Positions 25,980 through 33,945 of a stretch of 35,939 nucleotides of DNA are shown here, piece after piece (the stretch's first letter is position 1; every line of letters starts with the position of its first letter). The notes beneath the pieces are model-generated. The model did not search any database. It worked only from the letters and a program-made list of their open reading frames with translations, and was not told the DNA's origin. A program made the translations under genes and the position numbers. Source of the DNA: Casimicrobium sp. (lineage in GTDB: Bacteria; Pseudomonadota; Gammaproteobacteria; Burkholderiales; Casimicrobiaceae). The stretch covers positions 1 through 35,939 of the forward strand of contig JBDSYI010000507.1 in assembly GCA_039925745.1 (NCBI GenBank). The letters run 5' to 3'.

Positions 25980-28133
25980 TTACCCCCGCTCCCACGTATG
26001 AAACTTGGCCACCCATTCGAGCAGCTTGGTCGGTTGATGGTTCCGTTTCCATACACCTGCCGCGAATTTATTAGCCTCGCCGAGCGTCGGATAGGTGTGA
26101 ATTGTGCCCAAAATTTTGTTCATGCCGAGGCCATATTTCATCGCGGTGACGTATTCGACAAGAATGTCGCCGCCGTGATCACCCACAATAGTCGCGCCCA
26201 GAATCGTGTCCTTGCCAGGTACCGTCAACACTTTCACGAAGCCATGCGCCTCGCTGTCGGCAATCGCGCGGTCAAGGTCATCGAGGCCGTACACCGTGAC
26301 TTCATGGGGAATTTTCTTTTCTTTTGCTTCCGACTCGGAGAGGCCAACACGTGCCACTTCGGGGTCAGTAAACGTGGCCCATGGAATGACGCGGTAGTCG
26401 GCCTTGAATTTCTTGAAACGACCGAAGAGCGCGTTTACCGCGGCATACCAAGCCTGATGGGCGGCGGTATGGGTGAACTGGAACGGTCCGGCGACGTCGC
26501 CACAGGCATAGATATTCGGGTACAGCGTCTGTAAAAAATCGTTAGTTTCAATAGTTTTGTTCGGACGCGTCGGAATGCCCAACTCTTCAAGTCCGAAGCC
26601 AGTGACGTTTGCCGTGCGTCCAACGGCGACGAGGATCTGATCAAACGGAACCCGCACGTCCGCGCCATTGTGTTCGCAGACGAGAATCTTCTCGCCGTTT
26701 TCAATCACAACCTGTTTAGCTTTGTGTCCAGTCAGCACTGCGACGCCGTCTCTTATGAACGATTTCGTGACTAACGCTGAGACTTCCGGATCTTCTCGCA
26801 ACAGGATTCGCGGTGCCATTTCAATCTGCGACACCTGCGAGCCAAATCGCGCAAAGCATTGCGCCAGTTCTGAGCCGATCGGCCCGCCGCCTAGTACCAC
26901 CAGGCGTTTTGGCAGTTCGCGAAGATTCCACACGTTGTCGCTGGTCAGATACGCGATGTCAGCCAGCCCCGGAATCGGCGGCACGAAAGGCCGCGCCCCG
27001 GTGGCAATCACAATGTTTTTGGTCGTCATCGTCGATTTGCTGCCGTCCGCCGCCGTGATCTCCACGGCCCAGGGCGAAACTATCCGCGCGCTTCCAGTGA
27101 CACAGTCCACACCGATGCCTGTATAGCGCTCAACCGAATCATGCGGTTCAATCTCACGAATAACACGTTGCACGCGTTCCATCACGTCAGCAAAATTCCA
27201 CTCGGCGGATGCGCTCTTCAACCCGAACTCTTCGGCGCGCTTCATGTGCGACAGAAGCTTTGCTGTTTTGATCAATGCTTTTGAAGGCACACAACCCGTG
27301 TTCAGGCAATCGCCGCCCATCTTGTGCTTTTCGATGAGCGTGACTTTTGCCTTAACCGCAGCCGCGATGTAGCTGGTCACCAAACCTGCGGAGCCCGCAC
27401 CAATCACGATCACATTGCGATCAAACGACTTCGGCTTCATGCTGGCAAATCGCGAGTAAACCTTGCGGCCTTTCAACCAATCCAGCACTTTCTTCGCGAT
27501 GATCGGGAAGATACCCAACAATGCAAAAGAGCCCAAAATCGCGGGAGAAATGATGCCCTTGAGCGAACTAATTTGCGCGAGTTGAGTGCCCGCGTTCACA
27601 AAGACCGCCGTGCCTGCCAACATTCCAAGCTGACTCACCCAGTAGAAGGGCCAAGTCTTAATCGTCGTTAGCCCCATCACCAGATTTACCACGAAGAACG
27701 GGAAGAGGGGAACCAAACGCAGTGCAAACAGATAAAACGGCCCGTCCTTTGCAACGCCATCATTAATGGGTTTCAATCGGTCACCAAATTTGCCCTGCAC
27801 CCAGTCGCGCAGCAAAAATCGCGACGAGAAAAACGCGAGGGTGGCACCGACTGCCGACGCGAACGACACCAGGACGACGCCTTCAGCAAAGCCAAAGATC
27901 GCGCCGCCAAGCAACGTCATCAACGCTGCACCGGGCAAAGACAGCGCCGCCACCGCGACGTACGCGACAAAGAAGCCCACGGCACTCTGCACCGGGTTTG
28001 CTGCTACATAGGCGGCGAGCGTCGCCTGCTGCGCCTTGAAGGCATCAAGACTTAAAAACTGCCCCAGATCAAAGAAGAAGAATGCCCCGATTGCAGCCGC
28101 GATCACGACCAGCAACGCTATTTTTGATTTCAT
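25980..28133 (-). CDS. Fusion of a DedA/TVP38 (VTT) membrane domain with a flavin pyridine nucleotide-disulfide oxidoreductase
   Basis: N-terminal LSLPGA..MTLLGGAIFG and LRLVPLFPFF.VN. Then GAGSAG, GGDCLNTGCVPSK, ATGARP, GGGPIG.E, IYACGDV, FTDPEVA.VG, HTYPT. Confidence 0.92.
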   Translation of the reverse strand: MKSKIALLVVIAAAIGAFFFFDLGQFLSLDAFKAQQATLAAYVAANPVQSAVGFFVAYVAVAALSLPGAALMTLLGGAIFGFAEGVVLVSFASAVGATLAFFSSRFLLRDWVQGKFGDRLKPINDGVAKDGPFYLFALRLVPLFPFFVVNLVMGLTTIKTWPFYWVSQLGMLAGTAVFVNAGTQLAQISSLKGIISPAILGSFALLGIFPIIAKKVLDWLKGRKVYSRFASMKPKSFDRNVIVIGAGSAGLVTSYIAAAVKAKVTLIEKHKMGGDCLNTGCVPSKALIKTAKLLSHMKRAEEFGLKSASAEWNFADVMERVQRVIREIEPHDSVERYTGIGVDCVTGSARIVSPWAVEITAADGSKSTMTTKNIVIATGARPFVPPIPGLADIAYLTSDNVWNLRELPKRLVVLGGGPIGSELAQCFARFGSQVSQIEMAPRILLREDPEVSALVTKSFIRDGVAVLTGHKAKQVVIENGEKILVCEHNGADVRVPFDQILVAVGRTANVTGFGLEELGIPTRPNKTIETNDFLQTLYPNIYACGDVAGPFQFTHTAAHQAWYAAVNALFGRFKKFKADYRVIPWATFTDPEVARVGLSESEAKEKKIPHEVTVYGLDDLDRAIADSEAHGFVKVLTVPGKDTILGATIVGDHGGDILVEYVTAMKYGLGMNKILGTIHTYPTLGEANKFAAGVWKRNHQPTKLLEWVAKFHTWERG

Positions 28134-28244
28134 GTGTGCTCTTTTGGCTTTTAATACCGCTAACGAATCGCTCAAACGACGACTCTAAAGGCGGTTTTAG
28201 CGCTTTGTCGTCCCGCTGTCGGAGAAACTTACAGGTGATTGAGG

Positions 28245-28652
28245 TTATCGCAAAAAGCGCTGCAATCGACTGTCGACGTGGCGCAATATCAGTCCTAGCG
28301 GCGACAGGCTGATCAGCAGGGCACCGGCGACCCCCACGCCATTTGCAAACGCGTCGTGCCAGTCAAATTGACGATTGAAATAGGGCTGGATAAATTCGAT
28401 GCCAACCCCGAGCGCTATTAGCGCTACGGCGACCACCAGCCGCATCCGTAGTGGCACGTAAATCTGCGAAAAATAAGCCATCACAACAAAGTACGTCCCT
28501 GCGTGCCATAACTTGTCTGACTCGCCAAGCGGCGGCAACGCCTTTGCGGGTGCCAGCGAGCCGTAGAGCAGTAGCACAACGAGAAAGGCACCCATCGTAA
28601 GCCATAGCCTTTGGTACGCGAGGCCCGAGTTACGAAGCGCCGAATCGGTCAT
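28245..28652 (-). CDS. VanZ-like membrane protein
   Basis: SDKLWHAGTY, GIEFIQ...R.FDW.D..AN..G motifs. Confidence 0.82.
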   Translation of the reverse strand: MTDSALRNSGLAYQRLWLTMGAFLVVLLLYGSLAPAKALPPLGESDKLWHAGTYFVVMAYFSQIYVPLRMRLVVAVALIALGVGIEFIQPYFNRQFDWHDAFANGVGVAGALLISLSPLGLILRHVDSRLQRFLR

Positions 28653-28723
28653 GTTGTGTGGCGGTTGGCTGTGGGGTACGCCATGCTAGAGCAACCGTGT
28701 TGAGTCGACGGTGGCGCCGCTCA

Positions 28724-29725
28724 TTAAATCCTGAATGACTCCAGGGACTCCGGCGCGAACAATTCCTCGAGCGAGAGTTGTCTTTTCGACAGCCCTTGCT
28801 CAAAGTGGTAGCGTGTGAACGTTTCCAGCGTCTTGCGATTCTTGTCGAGTCCGTAGGGCCACCAGTCTTCACCCATTTCCCTGCGAGCCTCTTCAACGTG
28901 CGCGACGAGCCACGGCAACATCGATTTAAGCGCAGCGGTTTCGGCGAGGTCTTCGTAGGTTTTCTGTTGCGCCGCGTAGAACGCTTTGGTTAGCGACTGC
29001 GCGATCCAGCGGTTAGCTTCGTATACCTCGCGGCGCATCACAATCGTGTGCATGATCGGGAAAATGCCTGTGTCGCGCCAGTACGCACGTTCTACTTCGG
29101 CATAGTTTTCGAATAAACGTTTGACCTTGCCATCGTTACGTTTGAAAGAGGAGGGCATGCGCGCCGTGTACAGCGCATCGATGTCGCCATCGTGCAGCAT
29201 TTGCGACAGCGTTTGTGTCGGTCCGATAGCTTGCAGCTTGATGCTTGGTGGTAAGTCGAGCTTCAACTTTTCTACCCGACCTGTCTCTTCTTCGCCTCCG
29301 AAAAGGTATGGCTGCCCACCCGCGTTGGCGACTGGTACGCCGTAATGATCCTGCAAAATTCCGCGAATCCAGACGGGCGCTGTCATCTGATATTCCGGGC
29401 TGGCGATGCGCTTGCCGATCAGATCTTTAGGTTCGTTGATACCGGAAGTCGCATTAATGTAAATGGATGAATGGCGGAAGAATCGCGACGGAAAAATCGG
29501 CAGTGCCACAAACAGTCGTTCGGGTCGATTCAGCGATACGCAGTACGACGACAAGGACATCTCTGCGACATCAAATTCACGATGGCGCGCCATGCGAAAG
29601 AAGGTTTCTTCGACTGGCAAGCAGAGGTAATTCAAGTCAATGCCATCCGCCTGTACCGATCCATCGAGCAGCGCCCGCGTGCGGTCATAATTCCAGCAGG
29701 CAAAGCTTAGTGTTAGTTTAGACAT
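28724..29725 (-). CDS. ophC: 4,5-dihydroxyphthalate decarboxylase (periplasmic-binding-protein-like fold, cytoplasmic)
   Basis: YDRTRAL.DG, EETFFR, FDVAEMSLSSY, FPSRFFRHS, PEYQMTA.VW.RG, IFPIMH, D.WPYG. No signal peptide. Follows ophA2. Confidence 0.82.
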   Translation of the reverse strand: MSKLTLSFACWNYDRTRALLDGSVQADGIDLNYLCLPVEETFFRMARHREFDVAEMSLSSYCVSLNRPERLFVALPIFPSRFFRHSSIYINATSGINEPKDLIGKRIASPEYQMTAPVWIRGILQDHYGVPVANAGGQPYLFGGEEETGRVEKLKLDLPPSIKLQAIGPTQTLSQMLHDGDIDALYTARMPSSFKRNDGKVKRLFENYAEVERAYWRDTGIFPIMHTIVMRREVYEANRWIAQSLTKAFYAAQQKTYEDLAETAALKSMLPWLVAHVEEARREMGEDWWPYGLDKNRKTLETFTRYHFEQGLSKRQLSLEELFAPESLESFRI

Positions 29726-29773
29726 AGGTAGGAATCATTTGTTGGCATTGAGCGAGTAGGGCGGACGCTGTGC

Positions 29774-31105
29774 CTACGACTGTACGGGCGTTGTATACGA
29801 CGGTTCCAACGCAGGGGCGGTTTCATCCCAAACGTAGCGCGTCGGATAGGTTCGCCAGTCGGTGGTCTTCGGCACAATCGCCTGAAACGCGCACACCGAT
29901 GTCGGAATGCGCAAATCGCCTGTGCCAATTGCGATCTCGCCAGTCTGAAACGCTTTCACTGCATCCAGCATCAGTTTGCGAAATTCAATGATTGCCAGGT
30001 CGCTTGCGCCCAGCCGCTCATGCGTTCGATCCGCGATCGGTCCCATCGTTACCCACATAGCAATGTCCTGATTTGGGAAGCCGGTAATGCCGGTGAAGTT
30101 TCCTGCCTTCATCGCATCACGATCCTGCCAGAAATTGTTTTCACGATTACGTAACGGGTGATAGGTTGCGTCCAGATCAACCCCCACTGTTTGTCCCAAA
30201 AATTTGCGCCAGGTCGTGCTGTCTGGCGTGCGGCTTTTGTGCCCCCACGCCATGAAATAAAACGCTGTGTTGCTGTCGTCCATCGGTACGTTGATATTGG
30301 CAACGTTGTACAGATTGTTCGGTGGAATCAGCGTTGTTGCGGGCGCGACGAACACACTTGAACGCACGTAGTCATTGCTCGCCGCGTTCATGATTGGGCG
30401 GCGAATGGCTGCGTAACGAAAACCATACACGGTGCGCTCAACCTGCAAACGCGGCGCCTTGTCGGTGGACGGGCGCAGCCAAGTCGTCTCGGTAGTTTGT
30501 GCCGTCGCTACACGTGCGGGCACCATGTCGGACGAATGCAGACTAGAGCTGTGTGCCGAGTCAATTGCTCCTTCCAGAATTTGCGCCCAGTTACAGGGGA
30601 TGATCGCTTTGGCAATCGTCACCTGCGCATCAGCGGTTGGCGCCCACGCGGGTGGCGTAAAGCTCGGCATGGTCGCGGTGCCGTGATCCGCGCCCATGTA
30701 TGCCCACACAAAACCGCCCCATTCGCGAACCGGATACGCTTTGTGCTTCACTTTTTGCGCCGCCACGCTAGCGGCAGGCTCCGACACCATCTCGATCACA
30801 TTGCCCTTCACGTCCATCTTCCAACCGTGATACAGGCAGCGCAAACCGCAATCCTCATTGCGACCGAACACCAGCGACACGCGGCGATGAGGGCAATACT
30901 CGTCCATCACACCCACGTCGCCGTTAGTGTCGCGAAACACCACCAAATCCTCGCCGAAGACGCGCGCCTTTACCGGTGCGCCATCAGGTTCGATGACCTC
31001 GTCAATCAGGCATACCGGTGTCCAGTGACGCCGCATGAGTTGGCCCATCGGCGCAGAGCCTTCGACACGACACAACAATTCGTTTTCGTCATGGCTCATC
31101 ATCAT
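29774..31105 (-). CDS. ophA2: Phthalate 4,5-dioxygenase oxygenase subunit (Rieske)
   Basis: Rieske CPH...CLYHGW. Mononuclear site NWAQILEGAIDSAHSSSLH and GFPNQDIAMW. N-terminus ENELLCRVEG.APMGQ closely resembles Burkholderia/Comamonas phthalate dioxygenase as I recall it. Confidence 0.88.
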   Translation of the reverse strand: MMMSHDENELLCRVEGSAPMGQLMRRHWTPVCLIDEVIEPDGAPVKARVFGEDLVVFRDTNGDVGVMDEYCPHRRVSLVFGRNEDCGLRCLYHGWKMDVKGNVIEMVSEPAASVAAQKVKHKAYPVREWGGFVWAYMGADHGTATMPSFTPPAWAPTADAQVTIAKAIIPCNWAQILEGAIDSAHSSSLHSSDMVPARVATAQTTETTWLRPSTDKAPRLQVERTVYGFRYAAIRRPIMNAASNDYVRSSVFVAPATTLIPPNNLYNVANINVPMDDSNTAFYFMAWGHKSRTPDSTTWRKFLGQTVGVDLDATYHPLRNRENNFWQDRDAMKAGNFTGITGFPNQDIAMWVTMGPIADRTHERLGASDLAIIEFRKLMLDAVKAFQTGEIAIGTGDLRIPTSVCAFQAIVPKTTDWRTYPTRYVWDETAPALEPSYTTPVQS

Positions 31106-31147
31106 TGTGTGGCTCGCGTGGTTATCATCAGATTGGGCGAAACTATA

Positions 31148-31161
31148 CTTAGTTGACTAAG
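31148..31161. promoter_or_regulatory. Candidate OphR (MarR) operator CTTAGT-TG-ACTAAG
   Basis: Perfect 6-bp arms in the 104-bp divergent gap, overlapping a TATACT hexamer at 31144-31149. Confidence 0.7.
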
Positions 31162-31209
31162 ATAAATGAGCGTTATAGAAAACGCAAGCCCGCATCACGA
31201 AGGAGTGAA

Positions 31210-32193
31210 ATGACAAGCTCAGGAACATTTGAGAACGTCGAACTGGAACGTTTTTTCGATGTTCGCGTCGCTGGCAAAAGAGCGGTTGCGCGCGACACAT
31301 ATCACTTCGAACTGGTGGCGATGGACGGCGGGAAGTTGCCTGGCTTCTCGCCCGGTTCGCACATCACGGTTGTCACGCCGATCGGCTCACGCCGAAACTA
31401 TTCATTGTGCAGTGACGCGGCCGACACCATGCGCTACGAAATCGCTGTTAAACGCGATATCAACGGGCGTGGTGGATCGATCAGCATAACCGACGACGTG
31501 AACGAAGGCGGAGTCCTGACAATCAGTGCGCCGCGCAATAATTTCGAATTGTCACCGCGAGCGAAGCAGTCGATTTTTATCGCGGGTGGCATTGGCATCA
31601 CACCGATTCTCTCGATGATGCGCGGCTTAAAGCGAGGCGCCAATGGTCATTCATTTGAGCTTTTCTACTGCACGCGTGACGCGGAGTGCACGGCATTTGC
31701 AGACGAGTTGCAAGCAGAATTTCCCGGGCTCGTCACCGTTCACCACGACAAAGGTGACAGTGCCAACGGGTTCGACTTCTGGCCTGTGTTTGAGCGGCCA
31801 ACAGCAGCACATGTTTACTGCTGTGGCCCGAAAGGACTCATGGATAGCGTGGCTGACATGTCCGGTCACTGGCCATCGGGCTCGATTCACTTTGAAAGTT
31901 TTGGTGTGGACGCGAAGTTGTTTTCGGAGAACACTGCGTTTTCTGTGACGCTTCAGCGATCAGGAAAGCGAGTCTTCGTTCGACCTGAGCAGACGCTACT
32001 GGAAGTCTTGCGCGCCGCCGGTTATGTTGTTCGAAGTTCATGCGAAAGCGGCACGTGCGGGTCGTGCAAAACGGGGCTCGTCTCAGGGGCAGTTGAGCAC
32101 CGCGACAGCGTGCTGAGTGATGATGAAAAAAGGGATCACATCATGGTGTGCGTGTCGCGAGCGGCGGCGGGCGAACTGGTGCTGGATCTGTGA
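31210..32193 (+). CDS. ophA1: Phthalate dioxygenase reductase (PDR/VanB type)
   Basis: R.YSLC, GRGGS, AGGIGITP, VYCCGP..LMD.V.DM.GHW.SG..HFESFG, C-terminal CESGTCGSC...C ferredoxin. AGGAG precedes ATG 31210. Confidence 0.88.
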   Translation: MTSSGTFENVELERFFDVRVAGKRAVARDTYHFELVAMDGGKLPGFSPGSHITVVTPIGSRRNYSLCSDAADTMRYEIAVKRDINGRGGSISITDDVNEGGVLTISAPRNNFELSPRAKQSIFIAGGIGITPILSMMRGLKRGANGHSFELFYCTRDAECTAFADELQAEFPGLVTVHHDKGDSANGFDFWPVFERPTAAHVYCCGPKGLMDSVADMSGHWPSGSIHFESFGVDAKLFSENTAFSVTLQRSGKRVFVRPEQTLLEVLRAAGYVVRSSCESGTCGSCKTGLVSGAVEHRDSVLSDDEKRDHIMVCVSRAAAGELVLDL

Positions 32194-33377
32194 GCACGGC
32201 AGCGATTGCCGTCGGCGTGATCGGGCTGGGGCGTGCGTTCACATTGATGCTCAATACATTTCAACACGATCCTCGCGTTCGGCTGGTCGCTGCGTTCGAT
32301 CCGTATGCAGCGGCTCGCGCGCAATTTGAAAAAGACTTTGCGGAGCGGACTTACGAGAGTGCCGAGGCGTTGTGTGCCGACGAGAATGTGGAGCTGATCT
32401 ACATCGCATCGCCACATCAGTTTCACGCACAACATGTCGCGCTAGCGGCCGCGTACGGTAAGCATGTTTTGCTAGAAAAGCCGATGGCGATCACACTCGA
32501 CGAATGCACGCTCTCGATTGACGCGATGCGGGCTGCAGGATGTACGTTGATCGTCGGTCCCAGTCATAGCTTTGACGCGCCCGTGCTGAAAGCACGGCAG
32601 ATCATCGACAGCGGCGCAGTCGGCGACGTGCGCATGATTCAGGCGCTGAATTACACCGATTTTTTGTATCGTCCGCGTCGTCCCGAAGAGCTAAAAACGG
32701 AAGCGGGCGGCGGCGTGATTCACAGTCAGGCTGCGCATCAAATGGACATTGTTCGACTGCTTGGCGGCGGCATGTTGCGCAGGGTGCGCGCGGTGACCGG
32801 GAATTGGGACGCGGCGCGTGCGACTGAAGGTGCGTATAGCGCGCTGCTTCGATTCGAGGATGGCGCGTTTGCCAACATCACGTACAGCGGGTATGGGCAT
32901 TTCGACAGCAATGAATGGATGGAAGGATATGGTGAGCTTGGCGTGGCGACGGAAGCAAACGCCTACGGTCGCGCGCGCAAGCGCCTTGATGCGATTGCCG
33001 TAGGTTGTGACGACGAAGCTAGCGCTAAAGCTGCGCGAAACTACGGTGGTCCTGATTTCACCCAACCTACAATGCCCTCGGTACACGAGCATTTCGGGCC
33101 GATCATTATCAGTTGTGATCGCGCGGATTTGCGGCTTACACCGACTGGCGTTTGGGTCTGCTCTGACGCGACGCGCGACTTTGTGCCAACACCATTGTCG
33201 GGTGTTCCGCGCTGCGAGGTGATCGACGAAGTTTGGGCCGCTCTGCGTAGCGGCGAGAGCGCGCTGCACGACGGTGCATGGGCGCGTGCGACGACCGAGG
33301 CCTGCCTTGCCATTCTCATCTCCGCAAGAGAGGATTGTGATGTTGCGCTTCAGTGGCAGATTCCCTGGCGGCGATAA
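32190..33377 (+). CDS. ophB: Phthalate 4,5-cis-dihydrodiol dehydrogenase (Gfo/Idh/MocA family)
   Basis: GLGRAFTLML.TF..DPRV.LVAA, EKPMA, GPSHSFD, YTDFLYRPRRPEEL. GTG start overlaps the ophA1 stop (GTGA). Confidence 0.85.
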   Translation: MSTAAIAVGVIGLGRAFTLMLNTFQHDPRVRLVAAFDPYAAARAQFEKDFAERTYESAEALCADENVELIYIASPHQFHAQHVALAAAYGKHVLLEKPMAITLDECTLSIDAMRAAGCTLIVGPSHSFDAPVLKARQIIDSGAVGDVRMIQALNYTDFLYRPRRPEELKTEAGGGVIHSQAAHQMDIVRLLGGGMLRRVRAVTGNWDAARATEGAYSALLRFEDGAFANITYSGYGHFDSNEWMEGYGELGVATEANAYGRARKRLDAIAVGCDDEASAKAARNYGGPDFTQPTMPSVHEHFGPIIISCDRADLRLTPTGVWVCSDATRDFVPTPLSGVPRCEVIDEVWAALRSGESALHDGAWARATTEACLAILISAREDCDVALQWQIPWRR

Positions 33378-33384
33378 TCGGCCG

Positions 33385-33921
33385 ATGAGTGTGCCCACCG
33401 TTAAAACAACACCGCGCCGCGCGCCGCGCAAGCCTGTATCAGGCGGCGAATCACAAACCATCCTTCGCCACTGGCGGGAGGCAGTGCCGGATGACCGTTT
33501 TGCGCATCTGGTGAAGGATGCCACACGGTCATTTCAGCGCGCTCTGCAGCAACGACTTTTTGAGTACGACATTCCGTTCGGTCACTGGACCTTTTTGCGC
33601 GTGCTGTGGGAGCATGATGGCCTCACCCAAAAGCAACTGAGTGACGAGGTTGGCGTGATGGAACCAACGACTTTCACCGTGGTGCGTGCGATGGAATTGC
33701 GCGGCTGGATTGCGCGGCAGCAGATGGCGACAAACAAGAAAAACATTCATATATTTTTGACTGACGAGGGTCGTGCTTTGAAGAAAACACTGGTGCCACT
33801 CGCCGAGGAGGTGAACCGCGTTGGCGCGGCCAGTCTGTCGGCTGACGATCTGGCCACGGCGCGCAGCGTGTTGCTCGCCATGATTACGAATCTTGCAAAT
33901 GACGCGAGCGCTGCAAATTAG
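33385..33921 (+). CDS. ophR: MarR-family regulator of the phthalate cluster
   Basis: HWREAVPDDR.AHLVKDA, FGHWTFLR.LW..DGLTQ..LS...GVMEPTT, I.LT..GR.L. Confidence 0.75.
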   Translation: MSVPTVKTTPRRAPRKPVSGGESQTILRHWREAVPDDRFAHLVKDATRSFQRALQQRLFEYDIPFGHWTFLRVLWEHDGLTQKQLSDEVGVMEPTTFTVVRAMELRGWIARQQMATNKKNIHIFLTDEGRALKKTLVPLAEEVNRVGAASLSADDLATARSVLLAMITNLANDASAAN

Positions 33922-33945
33922 TGCTGCGTTCAATCGAAAGAAGCG

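Noticed and set aside
22937-28133. Selenocysteine read-through in the DUF547/DUF3047 operon
   Set aside because: The four genes end in TAA or TAG and have no in-frame TGA, so nothing supports Sec.
25980-28133. Calling the fusion merA (mercury resistance)
   Set aside because: No C-terminal Cys-Cys, no N-terminal metal-binding domain, and no merR/T/P nearby.
28724-29725. Calling this ORF an ABC substrate-binding protein
   Set aside because: No signal peptide; motifs and context fit 4,5-dihydroxyphthalate decarboxylase.
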